Positions 28,272 through 37,980 of a stretch of DNA of 64,000 nucleotides are shown here, one piece after another (position 1 is the first letter of the stretch; each line of letters starts with the position of its first letter). Below the pieces are notes generated by a model that saw only the letters and a list, made by a program, of their open reading frames with translations, did not search any database and was not told where the DNA came from. Source of the DNA: Bacillota bacterium (GTDB lineage Bacteria > Bacillota > DULZ01); contig JBMNIZ010000008.1 in the NCBI GenBank assembly GCA_050951405.1, positions 5,986-69,985 of the forward strand. The letters run 5' to 3'. The translations under genes were made by a program, and so were the position numbers.

Positions 28272-28541
28272 CTAGCCAATGAGGCTGCTCAAACTGCCGA
28301 AAAGATTGTTGGTAAAATCCATCAAGGTGGTAAGCATCCAAGAGCCAAACAAAATTAAAGACAGCAAAACCGCTACGATTTTCGGCACAAAAGTCAGAGT
28401 CTGTTCCTGGATCTGAGTTGTGGCCTGAAAAATACTGATCACCAATCCAACCAGGAGACCCAATCCTAAAGCAGGCGCCGCCAACAACAAGGCCAGCACC
28501 AGAGCTTCCCTGGCCAGGTTAACCACAAATTCTTGCGACAT
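28272..28541 (-). CDS. fliQ: Flagellar export apparatus protein FliQ
   Basis: 89 aa, two TM helices, MSQEFVVNLAREAL. Confidence 0.85.
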   Translation of the reverse strand: MSQEFVVNLAREALVLALLLAAPALGLGLLVGLVISIFQATTQIQEQTLTFVPKIVAVLLSLILFGSWMLTTLMDFTNNLFGSLSSLIG

Positions 28542-28650
28542 GGGGTTCCCTCCCATCCGGATCAGCCTCTACCACAATTCTCCAGCTTCCTACAAAAAAC
28601 CTGCTTAGTTCGCAGTTTCACTCATTTCAGCTCCCCTGCTTGATTAACTT

Positions 28651-29427
28651 TCACTGGGCAAAACTCTCCAAGAGGGATTTGACCACCAGGTACCAGCCGT
28701 CCACCATCACAAAAAGCATCAGCTTAAAAGGCAAAGAGATGATAATGGGCGGCACCATAAACATCCCCATGGACATCAGGGTACTGGCCACCACCACATC
28801 GATCACCAAAAAAGGGATGAAAATGATAAATCCCATCTGAAAAGCAGTCTTTAACTCGCTGATCACAAAAGCGGGCACCAGCACCGTCAAAGGTATATCC
28901 TCTTTCGTCTCCGGGCGCTCCATCTGCGACATGTGCACAAACAGAGCCAGGTCTTTTTCCCGGGTGTGCCGGAACATGAACTCCTTGAGGGGCGCAGCGG
29001 CATTTGCCAGCGCCACCTCCTGGGAGATGGTGCCGGCCAAATAGGGATCGAGGGCTTCCGCCTTCAGCTCCTGGTAAACGGGAGCCATGATAAAAAAGGT
29101 GAGAAAAAGAGCCAGGCCGATGAGCACCTGATTGGGAGGGGTCTGCTGGGTGGCCAGGGCATTTCTGACAAAGCTCAAAACAATGACAATCCGGGTAAAA
29201 GAGGTCATCAGGATCAAAATGGCCGGTGCCAAAGCCAGAATCGTGAGGATGACCAACAGCCTTAAAGTGCTTACCACTTCTTCCGGACTGTCCGACTGGG
29301 AAATCTGCAGGTCCACATTGGGTAATGGTACCGGCTGGGCCCCGGCCTGCTGCGGAAAGGAAAACAGCAGCAAAATCACCAGCCCAAGGGAGATCAAAAG
29401 AGCAGTTCTCCTAATCATCTCTTTCAT
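28651..29427 (-). CDS. fliP: Flagellar export apparatus protein FliP
   Basis: 258 aa with signal peptide; FliP family conserved TM segments. Confidence 0.9.
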   Translation of the reverse strand: MKEMIRRTALLISLGLVILLLFSFPQQAGAQPVPLPNVDLQISQSDSPEEVVSTLRLLVILTILALAPAILILMTSFTRIVIVLSFVRNALATQQTPPNQVLIGLALFLTFFIMAPVYQELKAEALDPYLAGTISQEVALANAAAPLKEFMFRHTREKDLALFVHMSQMERPETKEDIPLTVLVPAFVISELKTAFQMGFIIFIPFLVIDVVVASTLMSMGMFMVPPIIISLPFKLMLFVMVDGWYLVVKSLLESFAQ

Positions 29428-29779
29428 TCCCTACTCCCTTGGCGTCGCCGACTCGCTTCCGCCCCTGCCATAGACGGAAAAGGGCTGCCCTTTCGCCCTC
29501 GAGGACGGATGCCGTTTCCCTGTAGTCAGTCAATTCCCGCAGCAAAGTAATCTCCCGTTCAGTAACTCCCAGCAAATAATAGCGCCCGGACACCTGGACA
29601 ATGCACAGGCAGGCTTTGGGACCCAGGGAGAGCCTTTCCAGCAAGCGCATATTCTTGGAGGCCGCCGTCAGATAGCCTCCTTTTTTCGCTCCAAACCGGA
29701 TACTCCAATAGGCTAAGCCGATTACTAGAGGTAAAAAGATTGCCAACCGCAGCAGAGCCTTCCAGAATTCCCATTCCAA
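29411..29779 (-). CDS. fliO: Flagellar biosynthesis protein FliO/FliZ
   Basis: 122 aa, single TM, position between fliN and fliP. Confidence 0.7.
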   Translation of the reverse strand: MEWEFWKALLRLAIFLPLVIGLAYWSIRFGAKKGGYLTAASKNMRLLERLSLGPKACLCIVQVSGRYYLLGVTEREITLLRELTDYRETASVLEGERAALFRLWQGRKRVGDAKGVGNERDD

Positions 29780-29793
29780 AATTTCTTTTCCCC

Positions 29794-30182
29794 CTATTCG
29801 CTCTTCTTCCCGGTTTCCTTCTCATTCAGCAAACCGGTGATGCGCACGCCGAATACCTCGTTAATAACCACCACTTCACCCCGGGCAAAGGGGACATCGT
29901 TCAGGTGCACTTCCACCGGTTCTCCCGCCAGCTTATCCAGCTGGATCACCGAACCCTCTTCCAGCTCCAAAATCTCCTTCACCGTAAGCCTGGTGGAACC
30001 CAACTCCACCCCCAAGGTCAACTGGACATCGGCCAGATTGCCCAATCCGCCGCCAACCGGCCGTCCCGGCGGCACCGGCTCCAAGGGTTGAAATTTCACG
30101 CTGGATACCACAGGTCTTTTTTCATCATGGAGGGCTGCAAACATTTTGGCGATTTCTTTTTCGGACAGAGAAGCTGATACCA
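29794..30182 (-). CDS. fliN: Flagellar motor switch protein FliN (SpoA domain only)
   Basis: C-terminal [51 protein letters not shown]; start taken as MVSASL after fliL stop. Confidence 0.85.
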
Positions 30183-30199
30183 TTTTCTTCCCCCTAAAC

Positions 30200-30646
30200 T
30201 CATTGAATGATAAATTCCTCAAAATAGATGGCGGCAATTTCCCCTTCATCAAGCAGATCATTAATGGCATTCACCAATTCTCTTCGAAGGACATCTTTCT
30301 CCGCCAGCTCTGCCACCTCTTTACCGGAAAGAAGATTGATAATGGTATCCCTTAATCGGTATTCCTTGGACTTCAGTTCGGAAACAAGCCCTTTCTTGTT
30401 CACTTCGATGGTGATCTGCACCCGCAAATAACGGCGGAAATTGCTGTCGGCCAGGTTTACGGTAAAAGGTCTCAGGGAAAGTTGGTAGACGGGCAACTGC
30501 TTTGTTTCTTCCGCCCCTGCCGCCTGCTGCCGGGCAAAGAAGTAGACTCCCACGCCGGTGCCCACCGCTACCAAGATCAGAATCAAAGCCAAAGCCAACC
30601 AGAAGCCCAGCCAGTTTTTCGGTTTCGCCGCCGCCTGTTCACTCAA
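30200..30646 (-). CDS. fliL: Flagellar basal-body-associated protein FliL
   Basis: 148 aa, single N-terminal TM helix, FliL family. Confidence 0.8.
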   Translation of the reverse strand: MSEQAAAKPKNWLGFWLALALILILVAVGTGVGVYFFARQQAAGAEETKQLPVYQLSLRPFTVNLADSNFRRYLRVQITIEVNKKGLVSELKSKEYRLRDTIINLLSGKEVAELAEKDVLRRELVNAINDLLDEGEIAAIYFEEFIIQ

Positions 30647-31397
30647 CTAGAATCACCTCTTCCTTCTGCATTTCCCTGGCCTGGATCACCATGACCACCC
30701 GCCGGTTCAACTGCATGTTCTCTTCCGTATCATTAGGAGCAACCGGCTTATACTCTCCATAACCCACAGTATAAAACTGATAAGGATCCAGATTATGCCG
30801 ATCAATAAAATACCTGACTACTCTGCTGGCTCTGGCCCCAGATAGCTCCCAGTTACTGGGAAACTGAATTGTATTGATGGCTCTGTTATCCGTATGTCCC
30901 TCCACGGCAATTTTAAAGGGCAGGCGGGCAAACAGTTCCGCCAGGGGATCGAGGATTTGGCGCGCTTCGGGTTTTAAATCCGCCTTAGCCGTATCAAAAA
31001 GCACCAGATCCTGAATATCCAGGGCCACTCCCGCCTCCTCGTAGCGCAGTTCCACCTGATCTTCCAATCCCGTTTCCACCAGATATTCCTGGACCATTTC
31101 AAATACTTCCATCACCGTATAATCGGGCGCCACGGGCAAAGGCTGCTCCCCGGTCTGGGAATCTTCGATGGGGGTAGGGGTGTCTTCCGGCTTATTCCGA
31201 TCCAGAGGCGTATCTCCCCAATCCAAAATACCCACCCCTTTGAAGGAAGCCAGGAAAGCCTGAAACTTTATGGTATCAATGACGGAAAGAGAATAGAGAA
31301 GGACAAAAAAGACCAGGATCAAGGTCATTAAATCGGAAAAAGTGACCATCCAGTGAGGAGCTCCCTCCTGGCCCTTCTTTTCCCTCGGCTTACGCAT
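30639..31397 (-). CDS. motB: Flagellar stator protein MotB (OmpA-like peptidoglycan-binding C-terminus)
   Basis: N-terminal TM with conserved Asp (TFSDLMTLIL); OmpA-like C-terminus NRRVVMV. Confidence 0.85.
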   Translation of the reverse strand: MRKPREKKGQEGAPHWMVTFSDLMTLILVFFVLLYSLSVIDTIKFQAFLASFKGVGILDWGDTPLDRNKPEDTPTPIEDSQTGEQPLPVAPDYTVMEVFEMVQEYLVETGLEDQVELRYEEAGVALDIQDLVLFDTAKADLKPEARQILDPLAELFARLPFKIAVEGHTDNRAINTIQFPSNWELSGARASRVVRYFIDRHNLDPYQFYTVGYGEYKPVAPNDTEENMQLNRRVVMVIQAREMQKEEVILVE

Positions 31398-32193
31398 CTA
31401 TTCTCACCCCTTCCGCCTCCACTGCGGCTAATTCTTTCCTCGGCTCGGGAGGCAGGAAGGATTTCAGCTTTTCTTCTAAAATACGGGGGTTCATCCCCGA
31501 TTGGATGGAAATGATCCCTTCCAGGATAATGGATTTCAGCAAAACTTCTTCCTGGCTCCTCAACTCCAGTTTGCCGGCCAGGGGAATAAAAACCAGGTTG
31601 GCCATGATTGCCCCGTAAAAAGTGGTGATCAAGGCTACGGACATGCCCGGACCTAAGGAGCTGGGATCTTCCAGGTGAGCCAACATCTGGATCAGCCCGA
31701 TCAAAGTTCCGATCATGCCGAAGGCCGGGGACAGAGCTCCCCAGGTTCGAAACACACCGGCCCCCGTCTCATGCCTCTGCCTCATGTACTCAATATCCGT
31801 TTCCAAAATGTCACGGATCAATTCCGGGTCCAGGGCATCCACCATCATTTGCACTCCTTTCTGGAAAAAGGGATCATCCAAACGATCCATGTCATCTTCC
31901 AGAGCCAAGAGCCCCTCCCGGCGGGCCTTTCTTGCCAATTCCGAAAACATGGCGATCAATTCCCTGGGATCCATCAGCTGAGTAGTGAAAGCCTGTTTGG
32001 TTGTCTTCAGGACATTCTTTACCTGCTGGATATCGTAATGGATCAGAAGAGCTGCCGTGGAACCGCCCACAGTGATCATCACCGAGGGCAAGTTCCAAAA
32101 CATCCCCGCATGACCACCTTGAGCGATGGAAAACACTATTAAAAAAGTCCCGGCAATAATGCCAAAGATGGTCATCAAGTCCGCCTTGCGCAA
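31390..32193 (-). CDS. motA: Flagellar stator protein MotA
   Basis: 267 aa, four TM helices, MotA/TolQ/ExbB family. Confidence 0.9.
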   Translation of the reverse strand: MRKADLMTIFGIIAGTFLIVFSIAQGGHAGMFWNLPSVMITVGGSTAALLIHYDIQQVKNVLKTTKQAFTTQLMDPRELIAMFSELARKARREGLLALEDDMDRLDDPFFQKGVQMMVDALDPELIRDILETDIEYMRQRHETGAGVFRTWGALSPAFGMIGTLIGLIQMLAHLEDPSSLGPGMSVALITTFYGAIMANLVFIPLAGKLELRSQEEVLLKSIILEGIISIQSGMNPRILEEKLKSFLPPEPRKELAAVEAEGVRIDA

Positions 32194-32206
32194 ATACGCT
32201 CACCTC

Positions 32207-32407
32207 TCACTGCTTCTGCTGCCACCGTCCGGAGCATTTAATTCGGTAGGCAATCACTGCTTCAATGATTTCTTCCATAGTCTCCCGGACCATCAGTTTC
32301 TTACCGTTAGTCAAGGTAATTATGGTTTCAGGAACATTTTCCACCCTCTCAATGTGGTCCGCATTGATGGCGATCTTCCGATTGTCCAAGGTAGATACTT
32401 TAATCAT
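32207..32407 (-). CDS. flbD: Flagellar protein FlbD
   Basis: MIKVSTLDNRKIAINADHIERVENVPETIITLTNGKKLMVRETMEEII matches the FlbD family. Confidence 0.8.
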   Translation of the reverse strand: MIKVSTLDNRKIAINADHIERVENVPETIITLTNGKKLMVRETMEEIIEAVIAYRIKCSGRWQQKQ

Positions 32408-32528
32408 GACAAGCCACCCGTTAGTTATTTTTCATCAGCCGCCCGTGACGAAAAAGAACCCTTTCTCACGAGCGGCTGAAAAAGCTTGAACTGTAGAAAA
32501 CCGGGTTTAGGGAAAAAGCCCCTTCCCG

Positions 32529-33368
32529 CTACCTTTTCAGATTGACCAGCTCCTGCAGCATCTCATCGGAAACGGTGATCGTGCGAGCGTTGGCCTGAAA
32601 ACCCCTCTGGGTGATAATCATTTCCGTAAATTCCTGGGCCAGCTCCACATTGGACATTTCCAAGGCGCTGGGGATAATGGTGCCTCGGCCCTCTGTCCCC
32701 GGTTCACCGCCAGCGTCATTTGCTCCTCCCGGCTCCTGGCCGGCCGCAAAATCATAGCGGTAGAGATTTTCCCCCACTTTCAAAAGACCCGACGGGTTGG
32801 GGAATTTGGCGATGGCGATGGGATCATCAAGGACCACACTCTCCCCGGTATCACCGTCGATGTAAGAAACAAAGCCCATGGTATCGATGTGAAAGCTCCT
32901 GGCAGTGCTGGGGATGGAAATCCGCTCCCCGGCAGTATTCATCACATATAAGCCATTGGCCGGGTTCACCAGGTAGTCATTTCCGTCATCGGAGGGAACA
33001 AAGCGGAAAGCCCCCGCCCGGGTGAAATAGGCTCCCTCGTCCGCAGGATCCTCCTTCAAAACAAAAAAACCGTCTCCCTGAATCATCAGGTCATCCGCCT
33101 TGCCTGTGGGCTGGGGCGCCCCTTGGGTATGGATCACATCAATGGTAGCCAGGGAAATGCCGAGACCGATCTGCTGAGGGTTAGTACCGCCCCTTATCTC
33201 GGAACCCATGGTACCTCCCCTGAGAGTTTGGTAGAAAATATCCTGAAATGTGGCCCGGCTCCTTTTAAAACCGGGAGTGTTCACATTGGCGATATTATCT
33301 CCGATCACATCCATCCGCATCTGGTGGGTACGGAGTCCCGCCACTGCGGCATACATGGAACGCATCAT
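32529..33368 (-). CDS. flgE: Flagellar hook protein FlgE (short form, 279 aa)
   Basis: N-terminal GLRTHQMRMDVIGDNIANVNTPGFKRSR and C-terminal ELAQEFTEMIITQRGFQANARTITVSDEMLQELVNLKR rod/hook motifs. Confidence 0.8.
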   Translation of the reverse strand: MMRSMYAAVAGLRTHQMRMDVIGDNIANVNTPGFKRSRATFQDIFYQTLRGGTMGSEIRGGTNPQQIGLGISLATIDVIHTQGAPQPTGKADDLMIQGDGFFVLKEDPADEGAYFTRAGAFRFVPSDDGNDYLVNPANGLYVMNTAGERISIPSTARSFHIDTMGFVSYIDGDTGESVVLDDPIAIAKFPNPSGLLKVGENLYRYDFAAGQEPGGANDAGGEPGTEGRGTIIPSALEMSNVELAQEFTEMIITQRGFQANARTITVSDEMLQELVNLKR

Positions 33369-33463
33369 CAGAAACGACCTCCTTCATCAGGAATCTGCCG
33401 CACCATTTTTGCTGGCTGCCTCCGTCCTTCAGCAGCCGGAAGGCCCCCTCAATGAGGTCCGGC

Positions 33464-33868
33464 CTAAACAATAATGGCGCTGTCGATATTGGTGAAAAGA
33501 TTATTCTTGATGGATTGCCCATCCAGGGCTGTCACCACCGTACGATTTTTTACACTGACAATAAAGGCCAGCTCATCCAGCAGCACCAGGGATTCCCGGC
33601 AGCCTTTTGAGGCTGCTTTTTCAATACCGCCCTCAATCCGGGCCAGGCCTTCCGCTGACAAAACAATACCCCTGGACTTGATCCTTTCCACCGCATGACG
33701 GGAAAAATGCAGGGATTGGCTTTCCTGGAGCTTTTCCTGCAGGAGTTCCTGAAAAGCTTTTCCGGGCGTCCGGCCCGTTCCAGGGGCTTTCTGCTGTCCG
33801 GGCAGCCCTTGTGGCGACACCGGGTACCTTAAATCAACCTTCTGCACCAAGCCGGCTCTCCTCCTCAC
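33464..33868 (-). CDS. Flagellar operon protein of unknown function (TIGR02530-like), between flgD and flgE
   Basis: 134 aa; FSRHAVERIKSRGIVLSAEGLARIEGGIEKAASKGCRESLVLLDELAFIVSVKNRTVVT. Confidence 0.5.
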   Translation of the reverse strand: MRRRAGLVQKVDLRYPVSPQGLPGQQKAPGTGRTPGKAFQELLQEKLQESQSLHFSRHAVERIKSRGIVLSAEGLARIEGGIEKAASKGCRESLVLLDELAFIVSVKNRTVVTALDGQSIKNNLFTNIDSAIIV

Positions 33869-34277
33869 TTGCCCACCGAACTTTGACGGCAGTGATCAAC
33901 TGTAAGTCTCTTTCCTCCCCGTCAATCAGCAGGACAAGCTGTCCCTCCAAAAACTTCACTCCTGTCACAATTCCTTCAACCAGATTTCCGTCTCCGTCAA
34001 TTCCTTCGATTTCTCGCCCCAGGAAAGATAAAGCCTGGCTCCAGAGAAGATTATCCTGCATGACCTCCAAATGCCTGCTGATATTATGCAGCTGCTCCAA
34101 AGAACTGAACTGGGCCATCTGGGCAATGAACTCCGTATCCTTCACCGGTTCCAGGGGGTTTTGGTTTTTGAACTGGGAAACCAAAATTTGCAGGAACTCA
34201 TCCTTGCCCAGTTCCCTGGGGGCCGTCCCTTGGGTATAACCCAAGCTTCCTCCCCCGCCAACGGCTGAAACGCTCAC
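33834..34277 (-). CDS. flgD: Flagellar hook capping protein FlgD
   Basis: KDEFLQILVSQFKNQNPLEPVKDTEFIAQMAQFSSLEQL. Confidence 0.85.
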   Translation of the reverse strand: MSVSAVGGGGSLGYTQGTAPRELGKDEFLQILVSQFKNQNPLEPVKDTEFIAQMAQFSSLEQLHNISRHLEVMQDNLLWSQALSFLGREIEGIDGDGNLVEGIVTGVKFLEGQLVLLIDGEERDLQLITAVKVRWASEEESRLGAEG

Positions 34278-34290
34278 GGGCGCTCACCTC

Positions 34291-35394
34291 CTAAGCATGG
34301 TAGTCGATGCTCCCGGCGGAAAACTTCCCCCCAGCAAAAGAAGCGGGATCTTCCTGCTCCCCGGCCGGCTTGGCCTGCCAGAAGAGCGGCGGTCTGCCTG
34401 ACCACTGCTTATCCTCCTGCCGGCTGAAGGCCCCGGAATGACCTACTTCCACTTGCAGCTGATCCAACTTCAAGCCTTGTTCTTCCAAGGTTTGCCTCAA
34501 GTTGAACAGATTGCCGTCTAAAAGCCTGCCCAACTGCTGGTTTTCCACCAGGAAGCGAGCCGTTAAAACCCCTTCCGTCAAAGTCAAACGTATTTCCAGC
34601 CGCCCCAGATACTCCGGTTTCAATTTGATTTCCACTTGGCTCTTCTGCCCCAGGGATTTCAATTTACCCGACCGGACCAGCTGATCCGCCACTTGCCGGA
34701 AAGATAGGGCTTCGGGAAACGGGCTTTCCCCCTTGCCGCTGACCATGGCTCCTGGGCTTTCCGCCCACATTCTACTTTCTGCCGGAAAAGAGAAAGAATT
34801 ATCCCCTTGTTTCCCTTCTCCCCCTGTACTGATCGGCAGCTTTTCCCCGGCCTTCTCCAGGGGCGGAGGACAGTGGGCATTGTTCGCCGGAAGCACCCCG
34901 GAGGAACCGGATACCAGCCGGACCGGGCCTAAAACAACCTCCTCAGCCGGCTTCTCCCCCTTCCCGACAGGCGGAGCAAGCATCCCTTCCGGGAGATTCA
35001 CCTTGGAAGCTTTTCCGCCGGCAGTCAGGGCTACTCTTCCCTCAGCCGGGCTTTTATCTTGGGACGGGGGAAGGAACTCACTCTCCCCACCAGGAGAAGC
35101 TTCCAGGCTTCCTGCCGGAGGGATTTCTCCTACCGGCGGCAAAAATCCCTGAGCCAGGACAGGAAAAAGCAGCAGGGCCTCTTCTTCCCCTTCTTCTCCC
35201 GCAAATCCAGGGAAAACCGCCCCTTCCGCCGACTGAAAAGGCATCTCCCTTATCCCGGGACTTCCCTGGAGGAGGGCTGCCAGGAAAAAACTGAAATTCT
35301 TCCCTTCTCCCGCCGAAAAAATTTGTTTCTGAGCGGCGGCTCCCGTCAGGAAAGAAGCAATCAGACCCAGCTGCCCGTTCATTTCCACAGACAC
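34291..35394 (-). CDS. fliK: Flagellar hook-length control protein FliK
   Basis: Pro/Gly-rich middle; C-terminal Flg_hook domain KPEYLGRLEIRLTLTEGVLTARFLVENQQ. Confidence 0.75.
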   Translation of the reverse strand: MSVEMNGQLGLIASFLTGAAAQKQIFSAGEGKNFSFFLAALLQGSPGIREMPFQSAEGAVFPGFAGEEGEEEALLLFPVLAQGFLPPVGEIPPAGSLEASPGGESEFLPPSQDKSPAEGRVALTAGGKASKVNLPEGMLAPPVGKGEKPAEEVVLGPVRLVSGSSGVLPANNAHCPPPLEKAGEKLPISTGGEGKQGDNSFSFPAESRMWAESPGAMVSGKGESPFPEALSFRQVADQLVRSGKLKSLGQKSQVEIKLKPEYLGRLEIRLTLTEGVLTARFLVENQQLGRLLDGNLFNLRQTLEEQGLKLDQLQVEVGHSGAFSRQEDKQWSGRPPLFWQAKPAGEQEDPASFAGGKFSAGSIDYHA

Positions 35395-35487
35395 TTCCTC
35401 ACCTCCTTTCCCTGCATCTGATCTCTTGTCATCTTCTTATCAACCCCTTTCACCACAAAAATCCTGAAATAGACTGGCCAAACTATT

Positions 35488-35931
35488 TCAGAGAAGATCC
35501 TCTTTGCTTCGATAGCGCGACAGGGCCAGATCGTCCAGCATCAGCTGTTCCCGGCGGTTTTCCTCGTAAAGATACTGGCCGTATTTTTTTTCTTTAAGCT
35601 TTTCTAACATGTGCAGCTCCTGCCTGGCCTTTTCCAGTTGGGAACGACAGACCGCCACCTTTTTCTCCGCCTGGAGAACCCGGCTGGTCTGCACCTGAAT
35701 TCGCTCCTCCAGGGACCGGCAGTATTGTTCTCCCATCACCATCCGGTCCAGATCCAATTTGCCGCAAGGAACAGGAACCAGATTTTCTGCCAACTGATTT
35801 TGGTAATTCTCCAGGATTTCTTCCTCTCGCCGGCAGAGCTGCAGCGCGCCGGCCAGTCTTTCTTTCGCCTGGTTTTCCTTCGCCTGGCGAAAGTTGAGGA
35901 CCGCCTGCAGTGAAAAACTGAACCGGGCCAA
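35488..35931 (-). CDS. fliJ: Flagellar export protein FliJ
   Basis: 147 aa coiled-coil, position after fliI. Confidence 0.8.
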   Translation of the reverse strand: MARFSFSLQAVLNFRQAKENQAKERLAGALQLCRREEEILENYQNQLAENLVPVPCGKLDLDRMVMGEQYCRSLEERIQVQTSRVLQAEKKVAVCRSQLEKARQELHMLEKLKEKKYGQYLYEENRREQLMLDDLALSRYRSKEDLL

Positions 35932-35951
35932 TTGCTTCCTCCTCCCTGCGT

Positions 35952-37256
35952 TTAGGCGAAAATTTCTTTCAGCTTCAGGATCGTATCATGATAGTCCCAG
36001 CGTTCATGAATCCCTTGCTTGAGAAAATCCATGATCAGAGGATAAACCTCTATCGCCCGATCCACCTCCGGGCTGCTGCCCTTTTGGTAAGCTCCGATAT
36101 TAATCAGATCTTCCACCCGCCGGTATTCGGCCAGGTTCTCCCGCAAAAGAGCCGCCAATCGTTGCTGCTCTTCCTCGGTAATCTCCACCATTAAACGGCT
36201 CACGCTCTGTAAAACGTCAATGGCCGGATAATGATTTCTTGCCGCCAAATCCCGGGAAAGAACGATATGCCCGTCCAGGATTCCCCGCACCGCATCGGCA
36301 ATGGGCTCGTTCAGATCGTCACCATCCACCAGCACGGTATAAAGGCCGGTAATGGAGCCTCTTTCCCCGTTGCCGGCTCTTTCCAAAAGTTTGGGCAAGA
36401 GAGCGAAGACGGAAGGGGTGTAACCCTTCGTAGCCGGCGGCTCTCCCACGGCCAAACCCACTTCTCGCTGGGCCATGGCAAAGCGGGTGATAGAATCCAT
36501 CATCAGCATGACTTTTTTCCCCTGATCTCGGAAGTATTCGGCAATGGCGGTGGCCACAAAAGCCCCTTTGATGCGCACCAAGGCCGGCTGATCGGAAGTG
36601 GCCGCCACCACCACTGACCGGGCCAAGCCCTCCGGGCCCAGGTCCTTTTCCAAAAACTCCAGCACTTCCCGGCCTCTTTCCCCGATGAGAGCGATCACGT
36701 TCACATCGGCACTGCTGTTCCTGGCAATCATCCCCAAAAGAGTGCTCTTACCCACCCCGCTGCCTGAGAAAATGCCCAGCCGCTGACCGCTGCCGCAAGT
36801 AAAGAGGGCGTCAATGGCTTTTACTCCGGTGGCCAGGACCTGGGTAATCCTCTTTCTTTTCAGGGGATTAAGGGGTGAATTCATCACCGGCACCCACTTC
36901 CCGGGAACGTCTTCCTGGTCCCCTTGGAGAGGCCTCCCCAAGCCGTCCAATACTTTGCCCAAAAGTCCGGGGCCTACTTTCACCCGGTGGCTTTCCCCTG
37001 CCGCCTGTACTTCACAGCCGGGAGACACCCCGTCTAAAGAACCCAGAGGCATGAGCAGGGTGCGTTTCTTCCGGAAACCCACCACTTCCGCTTCTGTGGC
37101 TAGCCTTCCCGGCACCAGGATGTGGCAGATTTCCCCGATGGAGGCGCTCAATCCCGTTACCTCCACGATCAGCCCGATGACTTGCGCCACCTTGCCCGAA
37201 ATGCGCACCGGATTAAAATCCTCCAGCATTCGCCTGTATTTACTGATTTCCAACAT
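35952..37256 (-). CDS. fliI: Flagellum-specific ATPase FliI
   Basis: Walker A GSGVGKSTLLGMIARN; F1/T3SS ATPase family. Confidence 0.95.
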   Translation of the reverse strand: MLEISKYRRMLEDFNPVRISGKVAQVIGLIVEVTGLSASIGEICHILVPGRLATEAEVVGFRKKRTLLMPLGSLDGVSPGCEVQAAGESHRVKVGPGLLGKVLDGLGRPLQGDQEDVPGKWVPVMNSPLNPLKRKRITQVLATGVKAIDALFTCGSGQRLGIFSGSGVGKSTLLGMIARNSSADVNVIALIGERGREVLEFLEKDLGPEGLARSVVVAATSDQPALVRIKGAFVATAIAEYFRDQGKKVMLMMDSITRFAMAQREVGLAVGEPPATKGYTPSVFALLPKLLERAGNGERGSITGLYTVLVDGDDLNEPIADAVRGILDGHIVLSRDLAARNHYPAIDVLQSVSRLMVEITEEEQQRLAALLRENLAEYRRVEDLINIGAYQKGSSPEVDRAIEVYPLIMDFLKQGIHERWDYHDTILKLKEIFA

Positions 37257-37980
37257 TCTCTTCCCCGCCCAAAAGCAGCTTTTTTAATTGGGCCAACTGC
37301 CCTTCCAGGGTGGCATCATAATAGCCCGTATCCGTTTCCACCCGGCAGCCGCCGGGGCTGATCTTCTTATCGGCCACCATCTGCAAACCCGCCCCTTCCG
37401 GAAGACAGTCTCGCAGCTCCTTCCAGGCATTTTTCAGGAATTCCACATCCTGCGGGTGAGCATAAATCAAATAGGTCTCCCCTGCCCTGGCCTCCTCCAG
37501 CACCTGCCTGGCCAGATTAAAAACAGTTTCCGGGGCCAGGGATACCTGCTTTTGCAAGATCTTTTCCGCCAGCAGCAGGGAGAGTTCGATTAAACGGGGC
37601 TCTGCTTCCTCCAGCAATTCCCGGTAAACCCGGCGGGCCTCTTCCAGGGTGGACCGGGCTTCATCCTCCAGAATCCGGGCTTTTCTCCGGGCTTCTTCCA
37701 TCCCCTGCCGGTAACCGATTTCCATCCCTTCCCGGCGGGCTTCTTCCACATAGGAAGCCCTCTTCCGCCGGGCTTCCTCCAAGATGGCTTCCCCCTGCTG
37801 CCTGGCTTCCTGTAAAATGGCCTCTTTTTCCTGCTGGATCAACTTTTTCTCCGCCTCAGACAGCAAGGCCGCCCCGGCTGCGGAGGGAGAAAAATCCCGG
37901 CGGATTTCCACTTCCACCGGTTCCCTCTCCAAACGGGCCTCCCGGATAATTTTTTTCCTCTGCTTAGATAATAATGGCAT
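37240..37980 (-). CDS. fliH: Flagellar assembly protein FliH
   Basis: Glu/Ala/Arg-rich coiled N-terminus, FliH C-terminal domain; ATG at 37980. Confidence 0.8.
   Translation of the reverse strand: MPLLSKQRKKIIREARLEREPVEVEIRRDFSPSAAGAALLSEAEKKLIQQEKEAILQEARQQGEAILEEARRKRASYVEEARREGMEIGYRQGMEEARRKARILEDEARSTLEEARRVYRELLEEAEPRLIELSLLLAEKILQKQVSLAPETVFNLARQVLEEARAGETYLIYAHPQDVEFLKNAWKELRDCLPEGAGLQMVADKKISPGGCRVETDTGYYDATLEGQLAQLKKLLLGGEENVGNQ

Noticed and set aside
34291-35394. fliK low-complexity Pro/Gly/Glu-rich region as a repeat element or frameshifted gene
   Set aside because: Such linkers are normal in FliK; the frame is continuous and the C-terminal Flg_hook domain is intact
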